64,000 bases of DNA from Macrostomum lignano (Eukaryota), in NCBI GenBank assembly GCA_002269645.1, contig NIVC01002975.1, forward strand, positions 62,001 to 126,000, read 5' to 3'. The position numbers and the translations under genes were made by a program. The notes beneath the pieces are model-generated. The model saw only the letters and a program-made list of their open reading frames with translations, was not told the origin of the DNA and did no database searches. Below are positions 53,698 to 64,000 of this stretch, piece after piece. Within the stretch, counting starts at the first letter, position 1, and each line of letters begins with the position of its first letter.

Positions 53698-54162
53698 ATG
53701 GCCAATGCAAATGATGCGATTGTGATGCTAGCTGAAGAGCTAAGAAACAGGTTAGAGTTAGGACCACAAAGGCATGCAAAAATTTAGAAATTCACGCCAG
53801 GTCAAGATATCAGGATCTGGTTGACTGCCTTCGACCAGCGCTGTGAAGCTGAGGGTATCAAAGAAGATCACCAGAAGCAAGAGCTTCTCGCAAACCTTGA
53901 CCTGGCTACTGCGTTTGCAGCAGTGCAGTGTCTGAACCTCCCAGATGATCTGGAATATGAAGTGTTTAAGGATAGACTTGTAGAATGCTTTGGCAGAATT
54001 GGCAGTTCAGCAGAGTTTAGGGAAGAATTTAGAGGCCAGATGCAGGGCAGGAATGAGCCAGTAGAATCGTATACCAATTGCCTGATTGAGCTAGCTTTGT
54101 GAGCCTTCCAAAACATGACTTTGGAACAGCGGGAAGAAGAGATTGTGGAACAGTTTATTTAG
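53698..54162 (+). pseudogene. Ty3/gypsy gag (capsid) relic, truncated
   Basis: ATG 70 nt after the last PBS; W..AFDQRC..EG, Q..EPVESY..CLIELA..AF....REEEIVEQFI; in-frame stops at 53785, 54100 and ~54160; no pol follows. Confidence 0.8.
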
Positions 54163-54654
54163 TCCTTTGCAAAAATAGACCAAACCTTGATAGTAATAGC
54201 CTTATAATTTTAGATTAAAAACAAAATGTTAGGGATAAAAGCCTTTTGTACAATCTTAATAATAGTAATAGGATCAATAATAGTAATAGGATAAAAAAGA
54301 ACAATTTTTATAGCTAAGAATTAAGACCCCTATTAATATAAATGTAAATAAATACATAATTGTCTCTTGTATATAAGCCTACACACAAGTTCTATCTTTA
54401 AATATTTATTTATTGCTAAAATCCTAAAATTAAAATTATTGCAAAAATTTATATGTAAATCAACTGTTAGAATGACTTGAGTCTAACTATTTTAATATCT
54501 TGTTTTTAGTGAATGACTAGCAATCTTGGCCCCCCGTTGGGGGACATCTGGATAGAATCTCTGTTCTCTACAAGTAACAAAAAGACAGCCAAATAATGCC
54601 TCACAAAGACGACAGACAAACTGCTCAAATAAAGTGTAATCCAAAAAGAAATCA

Positions 54655-54790
54655 TCCCAAGACAGCAAGCATCCCCCAGATAGCAAGCATCCCCCAGATT
54701 GCAAGCATCCCCCAGATAGCAAGCATCCCCCAGATAGCAAGCATCCCCCAGATAGCAAGCATCCCCAAATAGTAAGCATCCACCATACAA
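54655..54790. repeat. 18-bp minisatellite (CAAGCATCCCCCAGATAG)
   Basis: About 7 units. Confidence 0.93.
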
Positions 54791-54879
54791 TAAGTAGCTA
54801 GTGCTACAATTTCCTTAGCTTTATAGTGGCTCCTTTAAAATTGGCATGACGCTTACTTTTACGTTTGAAATTGTGTAAA

Positions 54880-57800
54880 TTTTATGTTTGACATGGTGGC
54901 TCTTTAATGTTTGATTCGGGGTTTTTTAATGTCTGACATGGTGTCTCTTTATTGTTTGACATAGTGGCTCTTTCATGTTTGACATTGTGGCTCTTTAATG
55001 TTTGACATGGTGGCTCTTTTATGTTTGACATTGCGGCTCTTTAATGTTTGACATGGTGGCTCTTTAATGTTTGACATGGTGGCTCTATACTGTTTGACAT
55101 GGAGTCACATATATGTTTGACATGGTGGCTCTTTTATGTTTGACATGGTGGCTCTTTTATGTTTGACATGGTGGCTCTTTAATGTTAGACATGGTGGCTC
55201 TTTAATGTTCGACATGGTGGTTCTTTTATATTCGACATGGTGGCTCTTTAATGTTCGACATGGTGGCTCTATAATGTTAGACATGGTGGCTCTTTAATGT
55301 TTGACATGGTGGCTCTTTAATGTTTGAAATGGTGGCTCTTTAATGTTCGACATGGTGACTTTATAATGTTAGACATGGTGGTTCTTTAATGTTCGACATG
55401 GTGGCTCTTTAATGTTCGACATGGTGACTCTATAATGTTAGACATGGTGGTTCTTTAATGTTCGACATGGTGGCTCTTTAATATTAGACATGGTGGCTCT
55501 TTAATGTAAGACATGGTGGCTCTTTAATGTTAGACATGGTGGCTCTTTAATGTTTGACATGGTGGCTCTTCTATGTTTGACATGATGGCTCTTTAATGTT
55601 CTTCATGGTAGCTCTTTAATGTTTGACATGGAGTCACGAATATACTTGACATGATGACTCGTTAATGTTCGACATGGTGGCTCTATAATGTTAGACATGG
55701 TGGCTCTTTAATGTTTGACCTGGTGGCACCTTATTGTAATGATGGCTCTTTAATGTTTGAAATGGTGGCTCTTTAATGTTAGACATGGTGCCTCTTTAAT
55801 TTTTGATATGGTGGCTCTTTAATGTTAGACATGGTGGCTCTTTAATGTTAGACATGGTGGCTCTTTAATGTTCGACATGGTGGCTCTTTAATTTTTGACA
55901 TGGTGGCTCTTTAATGTTAGACATGGTGGCTCTTTAATTTTTGACATGGTGGCTCTTTAATGTTGACCTGGTGGCACTTTACTGTCTGCAATGATGGCTC
56001 TTTAGTGTTTGACTTGATGGCTCTTTAATGTCTGACATGGAGTCACATATATGTTGGACATGGTGGCTCTTTAATGTTCGACATGGTGGCTCTTCAATGT
56101 TTTACATGGTGGCTCTTTTCTGCTTGACATGGTGGCTTTTTTATGCTTGACATGGTGGCTCTTTTATGTTTGACATAAAGTCACATATATGTTTGACATG
56201 GTGGCTCTTTAATGTTTTACATGGTGGCTCTTTTATGTTTGACATGGTGGCTGTTTAATGTTCGACGTGGTGGCTCTTTAATGTTTGACATAAAGTCACA
56301 TATATGTTTGACATGGTGGCTCTTTAATGTTCGAAATGGTGGCTCTTCAATGTTCGAAATGGTGGCTCTTCAATGTTTGAAATGGTGGCTCTTTTATGTT
56401 TGACATGGTGGCTCTTAAATGTTTGACATGGTGGCTCTTAAATCTTTGACATGGTGGCTCTAAATGTTTGAAATGGTGGCTCTTTAATGTTCGACATGGT
56501 GGCTCTTTAATGTTCTACATGGTAACTCTTTTATGTTTGATACGGTGGCTTTTTAATGTCTGACATGTTGTCTCTTTTATGTTTGACATGGTGGCTCTTT
56601 AGTGTTCGACAAAGTGGCTCTTTTATGTTTGACATGCTGGCTTTTAATTGTTTGACATGGTGGCTCTTTAATGTTCGAAATGGTGGCTCTTTAATGTTTG
56701 ACATAAAGTCACATATATGTTTGACATGGTGGCTCCTAAATTTTTGACATGGTGGCTCTTTATGTTTGACATGGTGGCTCTTTAATGTTCAAAATGGTGG
56801 CTCTTAAATGTTCGAAAGGGTGGCTTTTTAATGTTCGAAATTTTGGCTCTATTATGTTTGACATGGTGGCTCTTAAATGTTTGACATGGTGGCTCTTTAA
56901 TGTTTTACATGGTGGCTCTTTTATGTTTGACATGGTGGCTGTTTAATGTTCGACGTGGTGGCTCTTTAATGTTTGACATAAAGTCACATATATGTTTGAC
57001 ATGGTGGCTCTTTAATGTTCGAAATGGTGGCTCTTCAATGTTCGAAATGGTGGCTCTTCAATGTTTGAAATGGTGGCTCTTTTATGTTTGACATGGTGGC
57101 TCTTAAATGTTTGACATGGTGGCTCTTAAATCTTTGACATGGTGGCTCTAAATGTTTGAAATGGTGGCTCTTTAATGTTCGACATGGTGGCTCTTTAATG
57201 TTCTACATGGTAACTCTTTTATGTTTGATACGGTGGCTTTTTAATGTCTGACATGTTGTCTCTTTTATGTTTGACATGGTGGCTCTTTAGTGTTCGACAA
57301 AGTGGCTCTTTTATGTTTGACATGCTGGCTTTTAATTGTTTGACATGGTGGCTCTTTAATGTTCGAAATGGTGGCTCTTTAATGTTTGACATAAAGTCAC
57401 ATATATGTTTGACATGGTGGCTCCTAAATTTTTGACATGGTGGCTCTTTATGTTTGACATGGTGGCTCTTTAATGTTTGACATGGTGGCTCTTTAATGTT
57501 CAAAATGGTGGCTCTTAAATGTTCGAAATGGTGGCTCTTTAATGTTCAAAATGGTGGCTCTTAAATGTTCGAAATGGTGGCTCTTTAATGTTTGAAATTT
57601 TGGCTCTATTATGTTTGACATGGTGGCTCTTAAATGTTTGACATGGTGGCTCTTTAATGTTTTACATGGTGGCTCTTTTATGTTTGACATGGTGGCTGTT
57701 TAATGTTCGACGTGGTGGCTCTTTAATGTTTGACATAAAGTCACATATATGTTTGACATGGTGGCTCTTTAATGTTCGAAATGGTGGCTCTTCAATGTTC

Positions 57801-58460
57801 GAAATGGTGGCTCTTCAATGTTTGAAATGGTGGCTCTTTTATGTTTGACATGGTGGCTCTTAAATCTTTGACATGGTGGCTCTAAATGCTTGAAATGGTG
57901 GCTCTTTAATGTTCAACATGGTGGCTCTTTAATGTTCTACATGGTAACTCTTTTATGTTTGATACGGTGGCTTTTTAATGTCTGACATGTTGTCTCTTTT
58001 ATGTTTGACATGGTGGCTCTTTAGTGTTCGACAAAGTGGCTCTTTTATGTTTGACATGCTGGCTTTTAATTGTTTGACATGGTGGCTCTTTAATGTTCGA
58101 AATGGTGGCTCTTCAATGTTTGAAATGGTGGCTCTTCAATGTTTGAAATGGTGGCTCTTTTATGTTCGACATGGTGGCTCTTTTTAGGTTTGACATGGTG
58201 GCTCTTAAATGTTTGATATAGTGGCTCTTTAATGTTCCACATGGTGGCTCTTTAATATTTGACATAAAGTCACATATATGTTTGACATTGTGGCTCCTAA
58301 ATGTTTGACATGGTGGCTCTTAATGTTTGACATGGTGGCTCTTAAATGTTTGACATGGTGGCTCTTTAATGTTTGACATGGTAGCTCTTTTATGTTTGAC
58401 ATGGTAACTCTTATGTTCGATATGTTGGCTCTTCTATGTTTGACATTGCGCTTCTTTGAT
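54880..58460. repeat. 23-bp satellite (TGACATGGTGGCTCTTTAATGTT), ~155 monomers, with a ~688-bp higher-order repeat
   Basis: Identical track ORFs recur at 56212/56900/57657 and 56556/57244. Confidence 0.97.
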
Positions 58461-58512
58461 GTTTAGCAGTTTTGTTGTGTTTTTAAAGTGTTTTAATAAA
58501 AAAAATCTTTTT

Positions 58513-58577
58513 GCACTACTAAGATTCGAACCCAGGTCGCTACATTAGCATTCCAGTCTGTTCGCATCAGGGCTATC
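58513..58577 (-). pseudogene. Degenerate tRNA-derived sequence (Ser-GCT-like anticodon loop), followed by a T8 run
   Basis: T arm CTGGG-TTCGAAT-CTTAG; CTGGA-ATGCTAA-TGTAG anticodon arm; acceptor and D arms poor. Confidence 0.45.
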
Positions 58578-59148
58578 TCTTTTCAATTGGAGAACATGAA
58601 TTGTGGCCCTTATAATTCAATTCTTACAGCAAGTCAATTGGAGTAAAAAGTTATGACATAATCAATTTCTCAGTCAGCCAGTATCAGTCTCAATTTAAGT
58701 TAGCAATATGGTTACGCAATTTAAATCAAGTTGTGTGTGCATTTCTTCAGCACTGTTTTCAACTTGTTGTGATGCAATCTTTATCACAATCGGAATTCAG
58801 TCAGTCAGTTTTTTCTCTAGCATTCTTACAATGCATTTCAGGTCGAAAGAGCTGCTTGACCTTTGCAAAAAAGCATGTTTTTCGAATATTTAATCCCTTT
58901 AACATTGAGCAATTTCTTAGCCAAGATGCATGTACCGTCCCAGGAAAATTTTTGATCGAATGGTGCAAGTTTGAAGAAAATCGGTTGAGTTTATTTTTCT
59001 GAAATCTATCGCATACCCACATACCCACAGACAACTCATTTTTAGTATATAGGAAATCTAGGCATGGGCTAAGCTATAAAAAGTAAAAATATATTAATAT
59101 TAAAGCTTATTCATTATTGTCTTGAAATAGAATTACATTTATTACTAG

Positions 59149-59936
59149 AGGCTCATTCCATATAAGCATGGTCGTAACATGACAGGCTATTTTTACTTAT
59201 AAAATGAAATATAATAATAGAATATACTAAACCAATATTTTAAATGAAAGATAATTTTGTCAAAAATATTTTTATAGAGTTTCATGTAGATATCATCATT
59301 AGTATAGATGCTATTAAACCTTGAATGGCACTTATGGTCGTAACAACAGGATTTTTGACATATAGAAACTAAAAGGTAAAAGTCTTATAACATTTTTATT
59401 TTTGATATTTTGCTGTACATTTTTTAAAATTTGACTCAGAACATCTTTAGAAATCATACTCTTTTTGTAGAATATATAAACTCAAAAAGGCAACAAAGAT
59501 ACAAAAGAAAAGGCAGCCTTATGGTTGTAACATTATGGTCGTAACATTTTTTTTCTGTCAATTCAGTAACTTTGAGGTACCAATATATTAAAAATATAAT
59601 AGATTATTTGGTCACCAATACTTTTATCTGATGATGCAAGTACTATACTTTTATCTATAGTTTGTTTCAACCTTCCAAAGCTTTCTATTTGTTTTTAAAA
59701 GGTACACAAACTTAATGATGTCTTTTGCTTAGAAAAATGTCTAAATTTTTACAAAAATGACTTTTTGCCACTTGATAACATACTAATCTAACATTTTATC
59801 ATTCATTTATTCTTAGATTGTAGATATTACACATAAAAAACATTTGGTAAAAAAATTGGCTGATAAGGCAATGGCAAGCAAAAATATTGACTTTTTTCTA
59901 TTTTCCAAAAATGTCCATCTTATATGGAATGAGCCT
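59149..59936. mobile_element. Non-autonomous DNA transposon (MITE) with an 18-bp perfect TIR
   Basis: AGGCTCATTCCATATAAG...CTTATATGGAATGAGCCT; four internal TATGGT(C/T)GTAAC-type motifs; TSD ambiguous. Confidence 0.7.
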
Positions 59937-60389
59937 AGAACTAAAGCTTTATATAAAAGAATAATCTATATAAAAGGCTAAGCCTATAAAACTAAAATGC
60001 CATATTTAAAGACATGTTGGCTATGTTTATAATAAAAAAATACATATAAACAATGATCATTCCTCTAATAATAATTAAGTCCATGCTACAATATAGACAT
60101 GGCTAGACCATTGTGCCTTTGCCTATAATATTAGAGCTTTATAGACATGGTGGCCATATCTTAAACAATATCTAGAATGTCTCTCAGTAGAAATAGCAGC
60201 CATGTTAATGAAGTCTATATAGTATTAGTAGCTATATCATTAATGAATTTATACTTAAAGACATACCATAGTCAGGAAGGTGGCATGTGTATACTAGAAT
60301 TAAATGTGGGAAGAAGTCTCTATGTATGCCAAATATGCTAAAAATTGGAATTGACTAGGCCTATTATTTATAACAAAAGTTTAAAATTA

Positions 60390-61077
60390 GGCACTGCTTA
60401 TCCCCACGGTACCATAGGAATAATTTCTGTCTTATTCCAACGGTACCATGCGATTAATTTTCTGCTTATCCGCATGGCACACTGAGGAGATAGCTGCCCT
60501 ATCTTCTACATATGCCGTGCGAATAATTTTCTGCTTATCCGCACGGCACACTGACGAGATAGCTGCCCATCTTCTACATATGCCGTGCGAATAATTTTCT
60601 GCTTGTCCACAATATGAATATGAATCATGCGAATTCAAATGAGTAGTAAAATTCTACGGAAGCGGCAATGGACTATATAAATCACGGCGAGATCAGATTA
60701 GACTTTGCTAAAAATTTAAATAATAAACAATTCTTAGAGTTAATTTAATTTAAATCATTTGTTACTACACAAAAAAATTCTTTCTCATAGAAAAAATCTT
60801 TATTTCTTTAGAACAAATGTTCAAGCCAAGTTATGTTGTTATACTGCACTCAAATCGTATGTACTAAACTTCCCACAACACGGCATATGTAGAAGATAGG
60901 GCAGCTATCTCGTCAGTGTGCCGTGCGGATAAGCAGAAAATTATTCGCACGGCATATGTAGAAGATAGGGCAGCTATCTCCTCAGTGTGCCGTGCGGATA
61001 AGCAGAAAATTATTTGCACGGTACCGTTGGAATAAGACAGAAATTATTCCTACGGTACCGTGGGGATAAGCACTGCC
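60390..61077. mobile_element. PIF/Harbinger (Tourist-like) MITE with ~199-bp TIRs
   Basis: TTA|GGCACTGC...GCACTGCC|TTA, a 3-bp TSD; TIRs 60390-60587 and 60879-61077 are near-identical and built from ~70-bp internal repeats. Confidence 0.88.
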
Positions 61078-61816
61078 TTAAAATTATGCAACTTTACTTT
61101 TGTGCTGCAACAATAATAGACCTTTTTTCTATTGTTACATTTGATATTTATATATAACAAAATAAGTGTTGTGTCTATTTTTCCTTTATAAATAATTTGT
61201 AGTTACATACTTGTGCAAAGTTCTGATACTTAAATTCTTTAAATCATTATATTTTTATATCCAATTAATATTTATTCTTTTTTTTATTTGCACTCCCATC
61301 ATCCGTCATCTCTTAACTGCAACCTTTTTCTTTGAAATGTTTTATCTTTGTTATAGAAACTTGCACTTATTTTCAAATAGCTTTGTATACCACTTTTTAT
61401 ATGCTAAAAAAGTGGTTTGCTTTGTATAAAATATGCCAAATAATTTTTTTTAAGATTTAAGCATGCCAAACATGCATACCAAATGAACTATGAAGGGCTA
61501 ATGCACACTGGAATTTTCAAGCAAAAAGGGCACCTTCCTGACTATGAAAAACATAGGCCTAGAGGGTGGCTATGTCCCTATTAGGCCTAGGCCTATACAA
61601 TCCATTCAACATTGGAAACAGTGGCAGTCTCTTTATTGCCAAAAATTAAAGCAATTGTACCATATGTGCTTACAACATACATGGCACTAGCAGATGTGCC
61701 TATAAGCTTGAACCTTATAGACATAGTTGCCATTTCTAAAATGAATAGCCTAAGTACTCCAAAACTAAAAATCAATCAATGTTGCCAATGTATAAGAACA
61801 ATATTTTACAACTTAC

Positions 61817-62055
61817 ATGACAGACTTGGCAACAAAGAACAACAGCACAAGGGCTGTAAGAACACACAAAATCACTGCACTTTTTAGTAGTGTTTGTTTG
61901 TTTTCTAGAACAAAAGAGTTTACTTTATTATTCCACGTTGCTGTTGGATAAATAGCTGGAACTGGAACGGATGATGTTGGATTAACATAATAGGTAGTAG
62001 ATTTCATCCAAGGCGAGCTCATAGTGTTGAAAGGACTAGGCGATAGTTTAGTCAT
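61817..62055 (-). CDS. FAM174: FAM174-like membrane protein, ectodomain and TM exon (5' end uncertain)
   Basis: Ser/Thr/Pro-rich stretch, then TM SAVILCVLTALVLLFFVAKSV; donor AT|GTAAGT in phase 2 joins 51343 across a 10.5-kb intron. The frame is open upstream to ~62133; a further donor lies at 62290. Confidence 0.78.
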
Positions 62056-62586
62056 AATTATTTTATAAATAATAGGAATGACTAGGTCCTTACTCCTAGG
62101 ATTAGGATACTTATTTTGCCCAGGCCCTATATATCAAGTCAAGACCAAGAACAAAAACACAGCAATTAACTCCGGACAACAGAAGATTTTCTATTCTAAA
62201 AATGACTATATCAACCTAGCAGGACAAATAGGTTTATTACCACAGGATCGCAGTGAAAATTTTTGTAAATTTAGTTCAAACTGACTCACATGCTTTGAAT
62301 GTTATTCGACAACGCAGCGGCGTGGTTGTGCGTTATAAATTCATAAATAAACGAAAATTTTGAGGTTTATTATTTTGTTTTAAAAAAATTATAAATATTT
62401 TTTTGCGCGAAAAGTTATACATAACACGATAAACTAAGAACAAATGTCAAAAATTTGTTATAACTTAGTCGTAGCTAGCGAGCACGAAGTAAATTTAATT
62501 TCATTTTTTTGTGAGATTTTAGTAACATTTAGAACTGTAAGAATTTACATCACAGTCTTTTTTCTTGGATTTTTGTATATGGTGCC

Positions 62587-62749
62587 ATGAGCAGCAACGA
62601 AAAACTCCCCCCAATCGCGGGGAGAAACGATCTAATGGAAAGCATGATGTGAAAAGCAAATCCGGAGTTGAAGAGGGTGAATTCGCCGCTCTTAATTTGC
62701 ATAACTACCGCCTGGCCGACAAGAAAAGAGATCAGTTGCAACAGTTCTT
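62587..62749 (+). CDS. DNAH12: Axonemal dynein heavy chain (DNAH12-like), exon 1, with an apparent 1-nt frameshift
   Basis: MSSNEKLPPI matches the recalled KLPPI; the other frame gives HNYRLADKKRDQLQQF and ends at donor TT|GTAAGT. Confidence 0.65.
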
Positions 62750-63211
62750 GTAAGTGACATTATTTGGTGGTTAAAGCTTGACTTTTGCTGCCCCAGTTGA
62801 TAAATTTTAGTGTTTAATCGATACTTTGATCCTTTTCTGTTTAGATCGTTGATCTGCATTTCAATTTTGCACTATTTATCTAACTATCAAATTTACATAT
62901 ATGTATTTAGAAACTTAGACATCTATATATATGCTTAATTGGTTATAAGTTGTATTTTACTTGCAACCTAAAACATTGGATGTGGCCTTAATAATGGTAC
63001 GTTGGATTTCACCAAAAATATTAGATTCTAAAACTGTGAATTTACTCTATATTAACAGGGTATATTTTGTACATACTGCAACATTCTTTCTCTGAACGCA
63101 ATTTGCAGTAATTTATTGTTAAGTATCAAAAATTTATACTCAAACATTTTGGGGTATCTAAATTTCATATCTGAAAAATTATATTTTAACTCTAATCTCA
63201 TTTTTAATTAG

Positions 63212-63299
63212 AATCGAGAGGGCGCTGAAAACACAGCACGAAATGAAGTATGACAACAAAGATCTGTCGAAACCAACTCCGCCGGAGTATCCACAGGAG
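63212..63299 (+). CDS. DNAH12: DNAH12-like exon 2
   Basis: TTAG|A...GAG|GTGCGC; LIERALK...PTPPEYPQE. Confidence 0.8.
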
Positions 63300-63404
63300 G
63301 TGCGCCTTTCCACTGTGTTTTATTTTGGCTTGAGATGATTTTCAATCTCTGCAAATACTTGTCTTGCTTATAGAACTTTAGCTAGGCAAAAAACTACTTT
63401 TCAG

Positions 63405-63615
63405 ATGATGAGCGATGACAGAAAAGTGCGATTAAACTACGAATTCCTACGAAAGTGCGTTGAAAGCAGCCCGATTCCGCCCATGTCGCCGGAATGGCTG
63501 GTCAACATAAAGCACAAGATTGCCGAACATCTTCGCGAAGGCAAGGACGATTTTCTGAACGAAGTGCTGGCTGAAGTAAATCAGAACTTTGACACAAGCA
63601 TGAAGAAATCTCTTG
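63405..63615 (+). CDS. DNAH12: DNAH12-like exon 3
   Basis: TTTTCAG| and G|GTGAGT; LNYEFLRKCVESSPIPPMSPEWL...HLREGK...EVNQNFDTSMKK versus recalled DNAH12 FNYIYMKQCVESSPLVPIQQEWL...SLKEGK...EVSSDFENSMKR. Confidence 0.88.
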
Positions 63616-63710
63616 GTGAGTAATTCAAAATTTTTAAACTAAAACCCGCTTGAAAGGGGTTGCTTTCAATGCAGATTATCTAATTTTACGAGCTGAAACA
63701 TCGATTTTAG

Positions 63711-63786
63711 TTCAACTGTCTCTGAAGAAGCCTGATGTCCCTGGCCTGGAGGACGATGATCTAGTGGAACCGTCAGAGGAACCAGT
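63711..63786 (+). CDS. DNAH12: DNAH12-like exon 4
   Basis: TTTTAG|TT...GT|GTAGGT; VQLSLKKPDVPGLEDD...SEEPV. Confidence 0.82.
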
Positions 63787-63892
63787 GTAGGTCATCAACT
63801 TTAATTTAACTGATCACTGAGAGAATTTAAGTAAGCCTAGCCTAGAAGCCTAAAATTTAAGTAAGCGATTTCGAACTCAATAAAATTTTCAG

Positions 63893-64000
63893 AGGACTCG
63901 ATTTCTCAAAGGAGTGGCACGAGAGTTTCGTAGCGAATAAGCGAGAAATTTCTTACCGGCTGATGATTCTGTATCCACAAATGCCAAAGCTGCTGGAGCT
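63893..64000 (+). CDS. DNAH12: DNAH12-like exon 5 (runs off the right edge)
   Basis: TTTTCAG|A; GLDFSKEWHESFVANKREISYRLMILYPQMPKLLEL versus recalled GLDYSNPWHSSYVQARNQIFSNLHIIHPTMKMLLDL. Confidence 0.85.

Larger units (their letters stand above)
54516..59052 (+). mobile_element. Putative non-autonomous Helitron-like (Lep1/DINE-type) element carrying internal tandem arrays
   Basis: 5' ACTAG followed by a CCCCCC-GTT-GGGGG hairpin; 3' AAAATCGG...TATCGC-(ATACCCAC)2-AGAC...AGTATATAG resembles recalled Lep1-type ends; CpG content is higher inside than in both flanks. Confidence 0.4.

Overview
Animal genomic DNA with no prokaryotic features. GC-rich Ala/Arg-biased exons and minisatellite-packed introns suggest a flatworm such as Macrostomum (inference, not shown). 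Five spliced genes run in tandem on the minus strand, right to left: FAM174-like membrane protein, ZNF330/NOA36, HENMT1 (piRNA 2'-O-methyltransferase), an atypical 283-aa Bcl-2-family gene, and a secreted PAN/apple-domain gene that leaves the window at the left. A DNAH12-like axonemal dynein heavy chain starts head-to-head with FAM174 on the plus strand and leaves at the right. About a third of the window (~22 kb by hand tally) is tandem repeat in ~28 arrays, which explains most long ORFs in the track. Mobile DNA: a 5'-truncated APE-RT-RNaseH LINE, a gypsy PBS/gag relic, MITEs, a probable non-autonomous Helitron and tRNA-derived SINE-like heads. Most notable: (1) the LINE is flanked by a >=309-bp direct duplication; (2) a sharply bounded CpG-depleted domain covers the FAM174 gene body; (3) a tRNA-Leu primer-binding site is amplified four times in tandem; (4) separate minisatellites share a 22-bp core, and arrays sit next to many splice sites; (5) a perfect RFX X-box/TATA/Inr promoter. 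Exon models and counts were done by hand; family assignments rely on recalled reference proteins and need a database search.
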